NCBI GenBank assembly: GCA_965203355.1
Contig: OZ241889.1
Span: 800,001-864,000 of the forward strand
DNA: 64,000 bases
Direction: 5' to 3'
From: Candidatus Latescibacterota bacterium
GTDB taxonomy: Bacteria > Latescibacterota > UBA2968 > UBA8231
Each line of letters opens with the position of its first letter. Position 1 is the stretch's first letter. Shown here in pieces: positions 45,312 to 54,478 of this stretch. Under the pieces are notes generated by a model. The model was given only the letters and a program-made list of their open reading frames with translations. It was not told where the DNA came from and made no database searches. A program made the position numbers and the translations under genes.

Positions 45312-47335
45312 TCGACTTGGACGACGATTTGCCGGACGCCGATGTTGTCGAGGGCGTCGATGGCCCGCACGACAATGACGTGCTCTCCCGCCGCCAGCCC
45401 TTCAACGGCAAAGCGCGCCTTTTCGCTGCGGCTGTCGAAAACGCCGTCTAACGGCGCGATGGGATGCTGTCGCTCGTCGTAGTCAATGGTGTAATAGGCT
45501 TTTTGCACCGCTGAGATGCGGTCGCTAATCGCCACTTCGACGACGGCACCATCGGCGCTGATCTGCGCGTCGAGTACCACGGTTGGCGGGCTGTTGTCAA
45601 TGGCGAAGGGCGCACTTTCGCGCTCGTCGCGCAGGCGTTCGGTCGCTGAATTGTCCATGTGATCGGAGGCTACCAGCTTGAGCTGGGTCCGGCCTTCGGG
45701 CATGGATTCGGTATCCCAGAGAACCGAAGTTTGCGCGATGTTCTCTTCGACCAACTTCCACGCTCGTTGATCCTCGCCCTTGAGATAGAGGTCGTAAACC
45801 AACTCGTCCTCGTTGGGATCGTGGGCTTGCCAGCGCACTAGACGCAGGCTTTTCGTTTGGGGAGGCCGGTTGTTGCGCCGCCCCGGGCCAGCTTGAGGTG
45901 CGCCTTGGGACTGACCGCCGTTACCGGATTGCTGCGGTCGGAAGGGGAAGGTTTGCAGTTCGGTAATGCGGGGTTTGAGGTTGACTTGGACGCCGTGGAC
46001 TTCGATCGAACTGAGCCGGGGCGTGACTCCGTCGCGTTTGGCCTCCATCTCGACCCGATACTGGATAAAGCGAGCGGGGGGGCTGGCGATGGTTTGGCCG
46101 CTCTCGGTCAGCGGCTCAGACCACGCGCTCCAAGTTTTGTCTGGCTCTTCGCTGTTGCCGGTGCGCGTCTGCACGGTTGTGCGGGTATCTGGGGGTTGAC
46201 TACCGCGCCATTCGAGCACCCCCCACCGCGCGTGGATGGCAAAATCCTCGACCGCTGATTCAAAGTACCCCTTGCGGCCGCCCTGCTCGGGCAGGATGGC
46301 GACGGCGGCGTTTTGCGCTCCGCCCAAGTGCAGTGCGCCATCTGGCCCTAACAAGAGGCGGCTGGGGACGAGGCTCTCGAACTGCACGACCAACGACTGC
46401 CGACCATCGGTGCTGAGGCGCAAAAGCCGCGCTGGGTCGGAGGTGCTGAGCAGCAGGTGTTCGCCGGCTGCAACGAGATTGACGAGCTGGACTTCGGCAT
46501 CCGCCCAGATGGGATAGACCGCTCCCTCCGCTCCGACGCGGTACACGGCCGCTGGGGTCTGGGGGGAGTTTTCGCCTTTGCTCGGCGCGGGAATTGCACT
46601 GGCGAAGATCGCTCCGTTGGCACCGGCCACCAAGTTGTGGATTTCTTCTTGCTCGCTTTCAAAGAGCAGCCGCCCGCGGCCCTCGCCATCGATCTCGTAG
46701 ATGCGGCCCTTGCCGGACGTGCCAGCGTACAAGCGGTCGTTGTGGGCGAGCAGCGTTATAACGTGGCGATCTTCCGGCGCAAAGAAGACTTCGTGCGACC
46801 CATCTTTGGCGATTTTGAGTATTCGGCCGGGTTCGCCGGTGGCCGCGTAGAGTTGATCATCAACTAAGGCAAAGTCCCACACGTAATGGCTGCCGGTCTG
46901 GAGCAAGGTTTCCGCCGGTCCCTTGTCATTGAGCGCGTAGATTAGGCCGTCGGGGGCTGATCCTGCGTAGAGCCGCCCATCAGGGCCGGTGATCAGGGTG
47001 TGCAGGACGAGTTCGGGCGAATCGAACCGCAGCGTGGCTTGCCCCGCGTCATCGATGACAAAGAGCCGGCCCGAATCGCCGGTACCCACGTAGAGACCCC
47101 CCTTGGGGTTGGGTGCCATGGACCAGACCCGCTCGGCTTCTAATGAGGCTAGCTCGACGAGCGCGGGAGCTAACTCCAACGCGCCGTCTGCGGCAATAGA
47201 GATGCCTTCGCTCTCGCCTGCGGCAAAGTCGTCGTACGCGTACTGCTGCCAAGTCTTGGCGCGCCCCGCTTCGGTCGCGCTGGCTGCCGACAGTAACCAA
47301 AAAAACAAAAACAAAGCTCGGGTTGGACGCATCAT
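45308..47335 (-). CDS. Secreted beta-propeller protein with C-terminal FN3/Ig-like domains
   Basis: Signal peptide; repeats LYVGTG..G, LYAGS, LYAATG, LYAGTS; RTGN...PD..WS.WS; D.N.D.L.Y. Confidence 0.75.
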   Translation of the reverse strand: MMRPTRALFLFFWLLSAASATEAGRAKTWQQYAYDDFAAGESEGISIAADGALELAPALVELASLEAERVWSMAPNPKGGLYVGTGDSGRLFVIDDAGQATLRFDSPELVLHTLITGPDGRLYAGSAPDGLIYALNDKGPAETLLQTGSHYVWDFALVDDQLYAATGEPGRILKIAKDGSHEVFFAPEDRHVITLLAHNDRLYAGTSGKGRIYEIDGEGRGRLLFESEQEEIHNLVAGANGAIFASAIPAPSKGENSPQTPAAVYRVGAEGAVYPIWADAEVQLVNLVAAGEHLLLSTSDPARLLRLSTDGRQSLVVQFESLVPSRLLLGPDGALHLGGAQNAAVAILPEQGGRKGYFESAVEDFAIHARWGVLEWRGSQPPDTRTTVQTRTGNSEEPDKTWSAWSEPLTESGQTIASPPARFIQYRVEMEAKRDGVTPRLSSIEVHGVQVNLKPRITELQTFPFRPQQSGNGGQSQGAPQAGPGRRNNRPPQTKSLRLVRWQAHDPNEDELVYDLYLKGEDQRAWKLVEENIAQTSVLWDTESMPEGRTQLKLVASDHMDNSATERLRDERESAPFAIDNSPPTVVLDAQISADGAVVEVAISDRISAVQKAYYTIDYDERQHPIAPLDGVFDSRSEKARFAVEGLAAGEHVIVVRAIDALDNIGVRQIVVQVE

Positions 47336-47340
47336 TTAGA

Positions 47341-49086
47341 TCAGGGCTTTCTCAAGGTCATGTCGAGGCTTTGCTCGCCGGAGATGACGTAGTCAGTGGT
47401 TATAGTGTGGCGGAGGACGACCTCGCCTTGGACCGGCCCGAGATGCCCGGCCGAACGGTCCGCATTCAGCACGGCCAATGCCGAGGGAGGCAGCCCGGGC
47501 AACTCGCGGCCGTTCACCGTAAAGCCCGGGTCCGCGCGAAACACTTCGACGACCAGTTCGTCGGCCGCACCCGTGCGCTCGAGCAATGCGAGCAAGTCGG
47601 CGGCATTGCGCGGCACAAACGCATCGGGCTGGCGCGCCGCTTCCCAACTCGTGCTGGCCACACCGCTGCCGACGCGCACGACGAAGGGGCCAGGTTCGAG
47701 ATGCGCGGGCAATTCCAGCGCTAGGTGCTCTATAACCGGCGCGGCGCGATAGGGTTGCAAGGTCGCTTGTAGCGCAACTCGCTGCCCAGCCTTGGGTTCG
47801 GGCGGCGACAGCCGCAGGCCTGCGATGCGGGCTTGGGCGAGGGTTTCGCTGATTTTTAGGTCAAAATGCAGCGAGTCTAAAGCCAGCCCGGCGAAGGAAT
47901 TGTTGAGCAACACACGAATCGGCTGCACGGCCTCTAGCGTCGCGCTGATCAGTGCGATTTCACTGCTGTATATTTGCTCGCGCTCAACCACGCGGCCATC
48001 GGCTAGGGCGATGTGGCTGCGCACCCGTAGCGTGGCGTTGCCAAAGAGCTTTTCCGTCGTTTCGAGCGCGTTGAACAAAACCGCGCGGACGAGGGCTGCG
48101 CTGAGTTCGGGGTGGCGCAGAACCTCGCAGCGGAAGGTGTTATCGCCAGCCGCCGACCGCAAGACGACCCGCACGGGCAGCATGTCCGGTGCTTCGCCCA
48201 GCGTCCCGGCAATCGCGGGCAAGCGGTCTTGGCGCACCGCCCCTATTGCGCCGGTTGGCGTCCCCAGTTTGAAGGAGGCGGTCTGAATGGGAATGACTTG
48301 GTGGATATAGGCACCGGTGGCGGGCAGGTTGGTGGCCCCCAGCAAAAACAGCGGATGGCCAAAGCCGACGAAACGCCCGTCTCCGACCCAAGTAAGGGTG
48401 CCGATTGCCGCCGCGCTGTAATCGCCGCGGATCAGTTGCACGGCCAGCGAGGCGCCAGGCGCGATGGGGACCTCTTGGGCGGCCAGCACTTGCCCTGCCG
48501 GGCGGTCCAAAAGCTGAATGCCCGGCAGGGTCAGCGCGTCCCGCAACACTTGCCGCCCCCGCGGACTGAAGCCAGCAACGGCTATGGGCAGCCCCAGCGG
48601 TGCTAAGGTGCTGACGCCCTCGCCACCGAGCAGGCCGGTGGCCTCTTCATCTAGCTCTAAGACTTTTCCGTACTGGCTTGGCGCGAGATGTTCGCGCGTG
48701 GCGACGTCGAGCATGTGGGCGATGGGGGTGATGCCGCCGATGGGCTCCTTGGAAAAGTACCAGCCATAGGCTATGGCGCCGATGAGCCGCCCGTCGATGT
48801 ACACCGGGCTGCCGCTCATGCCCCTTATGAGACCCGTGTGTGCCAATGGACCGCCAGACAGGCGCACGAGGATCATGTCCACGCGCGGCCCCAAGGCCCC
48901 TTTTAGCACCCCCAAAATTTCGACTTGAAAGGTATCGATCTCGGTGCCTTGGAAGGTCGTCAGTCCAAAGCCACTCATGCCTCGGCGCAACTCGCTTGGC
49001 TCCATGAAAGGTTGTGCGCGGAGCGCGGGAGCAGCCAAGAGCAACGACGCTAGTACAACTAGTAGTATGCGAAATGAGGTCTGCAC
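47341..49086 (-). CDS. SpoIVB peptidase S55-domain protein
   Basis: Signal peptide; G.G.T.F.G, GMSGSPVYIDGRLIGA, ITPI..ML, GT.T, FGHP. Confidence 0.85.
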   Translation of the reverse strand: MQTSFRILLVVLASLLLAAPALRAQPFMEPSELRRGMSGFGLTTFQGTEIDTFQVEILGVLKGALGPRVDMILVRLSGGPLAHTGLIRGMSGSPVYIDGRLIGAIAYGWYFSKEPIGGITPIAHMLDVATREHLAPSQYGKVLELDEEATGLLGGEGVSTLAPLGLPIAVAGFSPRGRQVLRDALTLPGIQLLDRPAGQVLAAQEVPIAPGASLAVQLIRGDYSAAAIGTLTWVGDGRFVGFGHPLFLLGATNLPATGAYIHQVIPIQTASFKLGTPTGAIGAVRQDRLPAIAGTLGEAPDMLPVRVVLRSAAGDNTFRCEVLRHPELSAALVRAVLFNALETTEKLFGNATLRVRSHIALADGRVVEREQIYSSEIALISATLEAVQPIRVLLNNSFAGLALDSLHFDLKISETLAQARIAGLRLSPPEPKAGQRVALQATLQPYRAAPVIEHLALELPAHLEPGPFVVRVGSGVASTSWEAARQPDAFVPRNAADLLALLERTGAADELVVEVFRADPGFTVNGRELPGLPPSALAVLNADRSAGHLGPVQGEVVLRHTITTDYVISGEQSLDMTLRKP

Positions 49087-49279
49087 GACCTTTTGCTTGC
49101 CTTTCTCATAGAGAAAAGAATCAAAAAAAGCTATACTTGAGCTGGGGAAAAGTCAAGGTAAGCCGAGCGACTATAGACGTTGTAACATTTTGTTTGACAA
49201 TAAGTTGTCTCTTTTGGAGATTTGCGGGTACGCCCTTACTTTGCTTGCGTAATCACCTACGTGCCAATAGGAGAAAATC

Positions 49280-50284
49280 ATGCTGAATATCGGTTTTATC
49301 GGCTGTGGCGGCATTGCCCGTCATCACGCCAGATGCTTGTCCCAAATCCGGGGTGTGCGCATTGTCGCGGCCGCGGATGTCGTCGCCGATGCGGCCGCGG
49401 CTTTCGCCCGCGACTTTGGAGCTGAACACCACTTCGCGGACTTCCGAGCGCTGCTCGATTTGCCCGAAATCGACGCGGTGTGGGTCTGCACCCCGACCTT
49501 TCAGCACCCCGCGCCGGTCATCGCTGCAGCCAAAGCTGGCAAGCACGTGTTCTGCGAGAAGCCCATGGCGCTGAAGATGGCTGATGCGCGGCGCATGGCC
49601 AGTGCCTGTGCCCAAGCCGACGTGCGGCTGACCATTGGCTTTGTGCGCCGCTTTGACGCGCAGTGGGGCAAGCTGAAGGAGATCGTCCAATCCGGTGCCC
49701 TTGGCTCGCCGGTCATCTGGCGCTTTGCTGCGGGAGGCCGCCCGGCCCGCCCGTGGTTCCGCGACGAGAACAAAGGCGGTGGCCCGCTGATGGACGGTGC
49801 CGTACACAACTACGATTTCGCCTTGCAGATTTTCGGCCCCGCCGCTTCGGCGCAAGCCTCTTCCCGGCAATTTGATCCCACCAGCGTCGGCGCTGACACC
49901 GCCAGCGTCATCATCAACTTTGCCAGCGGCGACCAGCACTCCTTGATCTGGTCGTGGGGCGTGGCCGCTGGCGCGTCCGTGGCGAGCCTCAACGACGTGA
50001 TTGGCCCGGCTGGCACGCTGCAATTCGGCATGACCGCGCAAAAGGCCCCGGCGCGTTTCAACCCGCAAAGAAGCGGTGCCTTTACGCTCAAGACGGGCAA
50101 AGGCCGCGAACAGGTGTACTCCTATCCGCTCAAGGACATGTTCGCCGAACAGGCCAAACACGTGGTCAAGTGCTTTGCCAACGGCGACCAGCCTTTAGTG
50201 ACTGGGGAAGATGGGATCGCCGCCTTGGAGGTTGCGACGGCTGTGTTGAGAGCTGGGAAGGGGCAGCGGACGGTGAAGATCTGA
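49280..50284 (+). CDS. Gfo/Idh/MocA-family oxidoreductase
   Basis: IGCGGIA, CTPT..H, GKHVFCEKP, GFVRRF, GGG.L.D..VH..D. Confidence 0.92.
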   Translation: MLNIGFIGCGGIARHHARCLSQIRGVRIVAAADVVADAAAAFARDFGAEHHFADFRALLDLPEIDAVWVCTPTFQHPAPVIAAAKAGKHVFCEKPMALKMADARRMASACAQADVRLTIGFVRRFDAQWGKLKEIVQSGALGSPVIWRFAAGGRPARPWFRDENKGGGPLMDGAVHNYDFALQIFGPAASAQASSRQFDPTSVGADTASVIINFASGDQHSLIWSWGVAAGASVASLNDVIGPAGTLQFGMTAQKAPARFNPQRSGAFTLKTGKGREQVYSYPLKDMFAEQAKHVVKCFANGDQPLVTGEDGIAALEVATAVLRAGKGQRTVKI

Positions 50285-50318
50285 GGCGAGGATTTCTGCG
50301 CCACCCGGCAAAGGAGGA

Positions 50319-50657
50319 TTATGGCTTTGCCGGAGAGGTTTCTTTGTCCAAGGTTGCAATACTAGTCAGGGTGATGGGCGGACGGTCGGGAAATTCTACA
50401 ACCAAGCTCAACTTTCCACCCATCGCTTCGACGTAGCCGCTGAGCGTGGATAGCATCAGATCGCTACGCTTTTCGATGCGGGATACATTTTCTTGATTAA
50501 TTCCAAGTTGCTGGGCTATACGCGCCTGCGTCTGTTTTCGGGCCTTGCGCAAGTCCTGTAGTGACATCTCTTCGGCGATCAGTGCCTTGGCCCGTTCCTC
50601 CACCTTCTGCCGACGTACCTCAGGCAGCTTATTCATTCTCTCTGCGAGTGGTGTCAT
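50319..50657 (-). CDS. XRE/HigA-like antitoxin
   Basis: L.DLRKAR..TQ..IA..LGI.Q..VSRIEKRSD..LSTL..YVEAMGG.L. Confidence 0.88.
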   Translation of the reverse strand: MTPLAERMNKLPEVRRQKVEERAKALIAEEMSLQDLRKARKQTQARIAQQLGINQENVSRIEKRSDLMLSTLSGYVEAMGGKLSLVVEFPDRPPITLTSIATLDKETSPAKP

Positions 50658-51160
50658 CTTGACCTCCTATCCTTTTTCAGCCGATCCAGATGTGTATCGA
50701 ACCGTTCGCCTGCCTCGAACACCATTGGACGCAATTCTTCGTTTTCGGCGGCTTCTATCAGATGGAAGAGTTCGTAGGCTCCGCCTAGACGTACAGAGTC
50801 CGATTCATGCCCCAAGTGTTCAATGGCATTTTTCAGACGATCCTGCCGCTGGCCCTGCTCGGTTTTCAGTACAGCGTCGGCCTGCGCTTGCGCGGTATCC
50901 TCCATCGCCTTAGCGCGTTTGTAAGACATCAGGGCTTGCAGGGCGACTAATACGCCACCCATGCCTATGCCCAGAAATTTCAGAGCCTCGTATTTTGGTT
51001 CCCCGCTCTTAGCTATTCCTAAAAGGTTGAAAATCCAATTGGGATTTTCACAGTACATGACGACTACAAAAATTCCCACCAAGGAGAGGAGCAGGACGAT
51101 AAGAGTGATTTGAAAGATCGAAAAAATATTATTCCAGATCTTTCGGACTAAGTGGCTCAA
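50654..51160 (-). pseudogene. Chimeric ORF: N-terminal part of a membrane-anchored pentapeptide-repeat-type protein joined to a HigB/RelE-like toxin tail
   Basis: Two TM helices plus EQGQRQDRLKNAIEHLG...VRLGGAYELFHL, then an abrupt switch to EAGERFDTHLDRLKK coupled (ATGA) to the antitoxin. Confidence 0.5.
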
Positions 51161-51196
51161 TTTAAAAAAGAGATTCCTCTTCCCACAGTAGTCGTG

Positions 51197-51520
51197 TTAC
51201 GATGCTCCGATGTGGACGACCTGCCCGCGTTGCAAGTTCTGCAAGGCTTCCAGTACTCGGGGAACTAGAGGCTCTAGGTAATCTATGCGATTTCTTCTTG
51301 CGATGAGTACGATGATTGGAATATCCCGTTCAGTTATATTCTGTTGATATTCCAGATTCCGGTCGAGCGTGATGAAGGCGTCGAATTCGTCTCGGACCAG
51401 TGCCAAGAGTTCGCCATTACTCTTGCTGCTCCAGCCCATGTGTCTTACTGTCGAAACATCATGATCGACGAACAGACTTCTTAGTTGCATTGGCACGGAT
51501 TCATCGAGCAGTAGTCTCAT
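51197..51520 (-). CDS. DUF5615 PIN-like toxin
   Basis: MRLLLDES.P, HDV.TV, N.ELL, FIT.D.NL.YQQN. Confidence 0.85.
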   Translation of the reverse strand: MRLLLDESVPMQLRSLFVDHDVSTVRHMGWSSKSNGELLALVRDEFDAFITLDRNLEYQQNITERDIPIIVLIARRNRIDYLEPLVPRVLEALQNLQRGQVVHIGAS

Positions 51521-51761
51521 AAGCAATACTCTCCAAGGCTTCCCTCGCCATATCAATCGTCCTTATTGCCTGTTCACTGCTTACACTCGGGAAGTCGTCC
51601 AGAAATTCGTCCAGACTGTGCCCTCCCGCCAGATAATCAAATAGGTTCTTTATTGGTACGCGGGTCCCCACGAAAATGGGTGTGCCACTCACAAAGCCCT
51701 CTTTACTGTGAAACACGCCGTTCTCGGTTGTGAGTGCTGCGTTTTCAGTTATCTGTGCCAT
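51501..51761 (-). CDS. DUF433 antitoxin
   Basis: SGTP.F.GTRVP...LFDYL..G.SLDEFL.DFPSV. Confidence 0.88.
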   Translation of the reverse strand: MAQITENAALTTENGVFHSKEGFVSGTPIFVGTRVPIKNLFDYLAGGHSLDEFLDDFPSVSSEQAIRTIDMAREALESIAYETTAR

Positions 51762-51795
51762 AGTGTTCCTCCGGTTGGTGTGCCTTCTCGCCAGC

Positions 51796-52920
51796 CTACC
51801 AGTCCACGACCGCTCCGTCGTCGGGATCAAAGCGAACGCGATAGGGACTCGGTTCGCCGACTTGGTCCATGAGCTTGTCTTCGTCGATGGTGATGCCGAG
51901 GCCGGGATCCGTGGGTAGGGGGCGGTGGCCGTTGGCGACGGACGGCAAGGGTTTGGCGAGCAGGTCCGCGTATTCGTTGTCGCCGCGCTCTTGGATGAGA
52001 AAGTTGGGAATGGAAGCGGCGACCTGCAGACTCGCGGCGAGCGAACAGGGCCCTTGGGGATTGTGCGGGGCCAGCGGCGAGTAGTAGGCCTCGGCCATGC
52101 CGGCGATGATCTTCAATTCGGTGATGCCGCCGGCATAGCAAATGTCCGGCTGGAGGATGTGGGCGGCGCGCTTTTCGAGAATCTCCTTGAACCCCCACTT
52201 GGTAAAAATGCGCTCGCCAGTGGCAATGGGGATGTGAGTCTTTTCGGCGAGTTCGGCCATGACATCGACGTTGAGGGCCTGCGCGATTTCCTCGTAGAAC
52301 CACGGATGATACGGTTCGAGCGCTTTGATGAGCAGCATGGCGGTGGGAGGTTGCACGGCACCGTGAAAGTCAATGGCAATATCGACGCCCGGGCCGTGTT
52401 GTGCGCGAAGTGCCTTGAAACGCTCGACGACCTCATCGACGAATCTCTGCCCTTCAATGTATTTGAAGGGTGCCCGCGACGTGCCCGGCCCCACCTTCAT
52501 GGCGTTGACGCCGGTTTCCTCGCTCACTTTGCCGTAAACCCGAATCCGCTCGCGCGTGGGGCCGCCGAGCAGTTTGTACACGGGTACGCCATAGCACTTG
52601 CCGGTGATGTCCCAAAGGGCCATGTCAATGCCGGAGGAAATCGCTGTTTTGATTGGGCCGCCGCGATAGAAGGCGCCGCGATGAATGGCCTGCCAGTGGT
52701 GAGTGACCGGACGGGGATCCTTGCCCACCAGATAGTCGGCGACTTCGAGTGCGCCGGCGGCACAGGCCCGGGCGTCGTCCTTGAGCATCTCGCCCCAACC
52801 GGTGATGCCCGCGTCCGTCGAGATCTTGACGAAGACCCAGGAGTTTTTGAGAACAAACGCTTCGATCTTGGTGACTTTAATCGCATCATTGGGCCCGATG
52901 GGGGCTTCAGGGACCGGCAT
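51796..52920 (-). CDS. dgoD: Galactonate-dehydratase-like enolase-superfamily enzyme
   Basis: GITGWGE, FYRGGP, SGID.ALWDI.GK, DFHG, EE, TGER, QPD...AGGITE, PHNP.GP. Confidence 0.8.
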   Translation of the reverse strand: MPVPEAPIGPNDAIKVTKIEAFVLKNSWVFVKISTDAGITGWGEMLKDDARACAAGALEVADYLVGKDPRPVTHHWQAIHRGAFYRGGPIKTAISSGIDMALWDITGKCYGVPVYKLLGGPTRERIRVYGKVSEETGVNAMKVGPGTSRAPFKYIEGQRFVDEVVERFKALRAQHGPGVDIAIDFHGAVQPPTAMLLIKALEPYHPWFYEEIAQALNVDVMAELAEKTHIPIATGERIFTKWGFKEILEKRAAHILQPDICYAGGITELKIIAGMAEAYYSPLAPHNPQGPCSLAASLQVAASIPNFLIQERGDNEYADLLAKPLPSVANGHRPLPTDPGLGITIDEDKLMDQVGEPSPYRVRFDPDDGAVVDW

Positions 52921-52982
52921 GGCGGCATTCCTTATGGTTGCGGGGTAATCGCTTACTTTGTGGACTTTGGGAAAACATCGAT

Positions 52983-53780
52983 CTACTGCTTGCGCCGAGC
53001 ACCTTGGCGACCAACCCGATAGGTACTCGCCGTATAGGTCAACGTCTGCCCCGGCAGCATTTCTACTACTTTCGTGTTCGGCGAGAGGAATTGTACCGCT
53101 TCGCTCAACGCGCCGATGTCGGCTGGCTGATTCACAATCGGCCCGTAGTGGCAGGGAATGACGATATCGGGGCGGATCAGACTTGCCGCCCGCGCGGCCT
53201 CGCGGATCCCCATGGTGTACTGTCCGCCCACTGGCATAATCGCGATCTGCGGTCCGTACATCTGGCCGATGAGCTGCATATCGCTGAACAGACAGGTGTC
53301 GCCCGTGTCGTATATGGAGATGCCATTTTTGTACGCCACGACGAAGCCATTGACCGCGCTGTCGGGATGGAAGAGCAATCCCGCCGGCAACTCGCCGCCG
53401 ATGACGTGCGACGATAGTGACTGCGAGTGGTGGCCCTGCACCATGGTGATCGCGGCGTCTTTGACCTTGACGGTGCCGCCGGGATTCATCGACAGCGCCC
53501 GCGAGCCCATCTTGAGCCCATGCACGGCCTCGGCGACCGAGCACAGCTCGTAGTTGCCGATGAACTTGGCCTTGGTGCGCTTGCAGATCGCATACGAGTC
53601 GCCGATGTGGTCGCTGTGGCCGTGGGTGGCGATGACGATGTCGGCTTCTTTGACTTGGCTGAGCTTCATCTTGGCGGTGGGATTGTTGTCGAGCCAAGGG
53701 TCGAAGTAAGTGACGGAGCCTTTGTCGGACTCAAAGCGGAAAGAAGCGTGGCCGATAAAGGTGATTTGCACAGATGCCAT
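52983..53780 (-). CDS. Metallo-beta-lactamase-fold hydrolase (UPF0173-like)
   Basis: GHASF, DPW, THGHSDH, GDT.LFSDM, P.GG.YTM, PCHY. Confidence 0.88.
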   Translation of the reverse strand: MASVQITFIGHASFRFESDKGSVTYFDPWLDNNPTAKMKLSQVKEADIVIATHGHSDHIGDSYAICKRTKAKFIGNYELCSVAEAVHGLKMGSRALSMNPGGTVKVKDAAITMVQGHHSQSLSSHVIGGELPAGLLFHPDSAVNGFVVAYKNGISIYDTGDTCLFSDMQLIGQMYGPQIAIMPVGGQYTMGIREAARAASLIRPDIVIPCHYGPIVNQPADIGALSEAVQFLSPNTKVVEMLPGQTLTYTASTYRVGRQGARRKQ

Positions 53781-53852
53781 AAGGATGGTCCTTTCTGTTA
53801 GCGTTGGCTTAGATCGCCGCCGAGGTACTGCAAATAGAGATTTTTCAGATGC

Positions 53853-54224
53853 TCATTTTTCGCGGTGAAAAAGTTGCAGGTTCAGTTGGTTCGGCCCCTC
53901 GAAAAAAGCGAGCCGAATGCCGGTTCCTCCGCCCACATCAAAAGGCTCTTTGGCGATGGCGATCCCCTTGTCGTGCAACGCCTGTGCGCTGTCATCGACG
54001 CTATCGACCTCAAAGGAGATGTGGTGGAAACCAGGGGCCTGCCCCATAGTCTTTTGCGGCATGAGTTCCAATAGGATACCGCCGGCGTCGAGGAAGACAT
54101 AATCCTCGTCGTCGTCGTTGTGAAAGCGCTCTACCACGGTCAGCCCTAGTTTCTGCGTGTAGAACGCTACGGCTCCTTCGATGTCGTCGGTTACAACCGC
54201 GATTTTGTGGATTTTGTGTACCAT
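53853..54224 (-). CDS. VOC/glyoxalase-family protein
   Basis: IA.VT.D...A..FY...LG, LELM, HHISFEV. Confidence 0.85.
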   Translation of the reverse strand: MVHKIHKIAVVTDDIEGAVAFYTQKLGLTVVERFHNDDDEDYVFLDAGGILLELMPQKTMGQAPGFHHISFEVDSVDDSAQALHDKGIAIAKEPFDVGGGTGIRLAFFEGPNQLNLQLFHREK

Positions 54225-54478
54225 CGAAGTTCTCCTTGTGGTTAGCTAATCTGCTCGTGGTCGAAGTGCTTGCGCCGATTGGGTGTTTGGCGTCTTGAAA
54301 AGTATGGCTTTGATGCGATTTCCGATTCCTCGACTCCGCCTAGTGCGCCAGTTTGCTGCGGCGAAAATTGCGGCAGCAAATATAGAGCGGGCGAACAAAT
54401 TGCCGCAAGCTTCCGCCGGGCTTGGCCGCTGCTAGCCGTGCCCCTATGTTCTGAGCCAAATAAAAGCAGGAGGCTGTC

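Noticed and set aside
49087-49279. FMN riboswitch upstream of the rib-containing run
   Set aside because: No RFN conserved blocks were recognised, only a short palindrome GACAA-TAAG-TTGTC of uncertain meaning.
52921-53697. 633-aa fused dehydratase ORF
   Set aside because: The extension is an alternative frame of the MBL gene with Arg-rich shadow composition.
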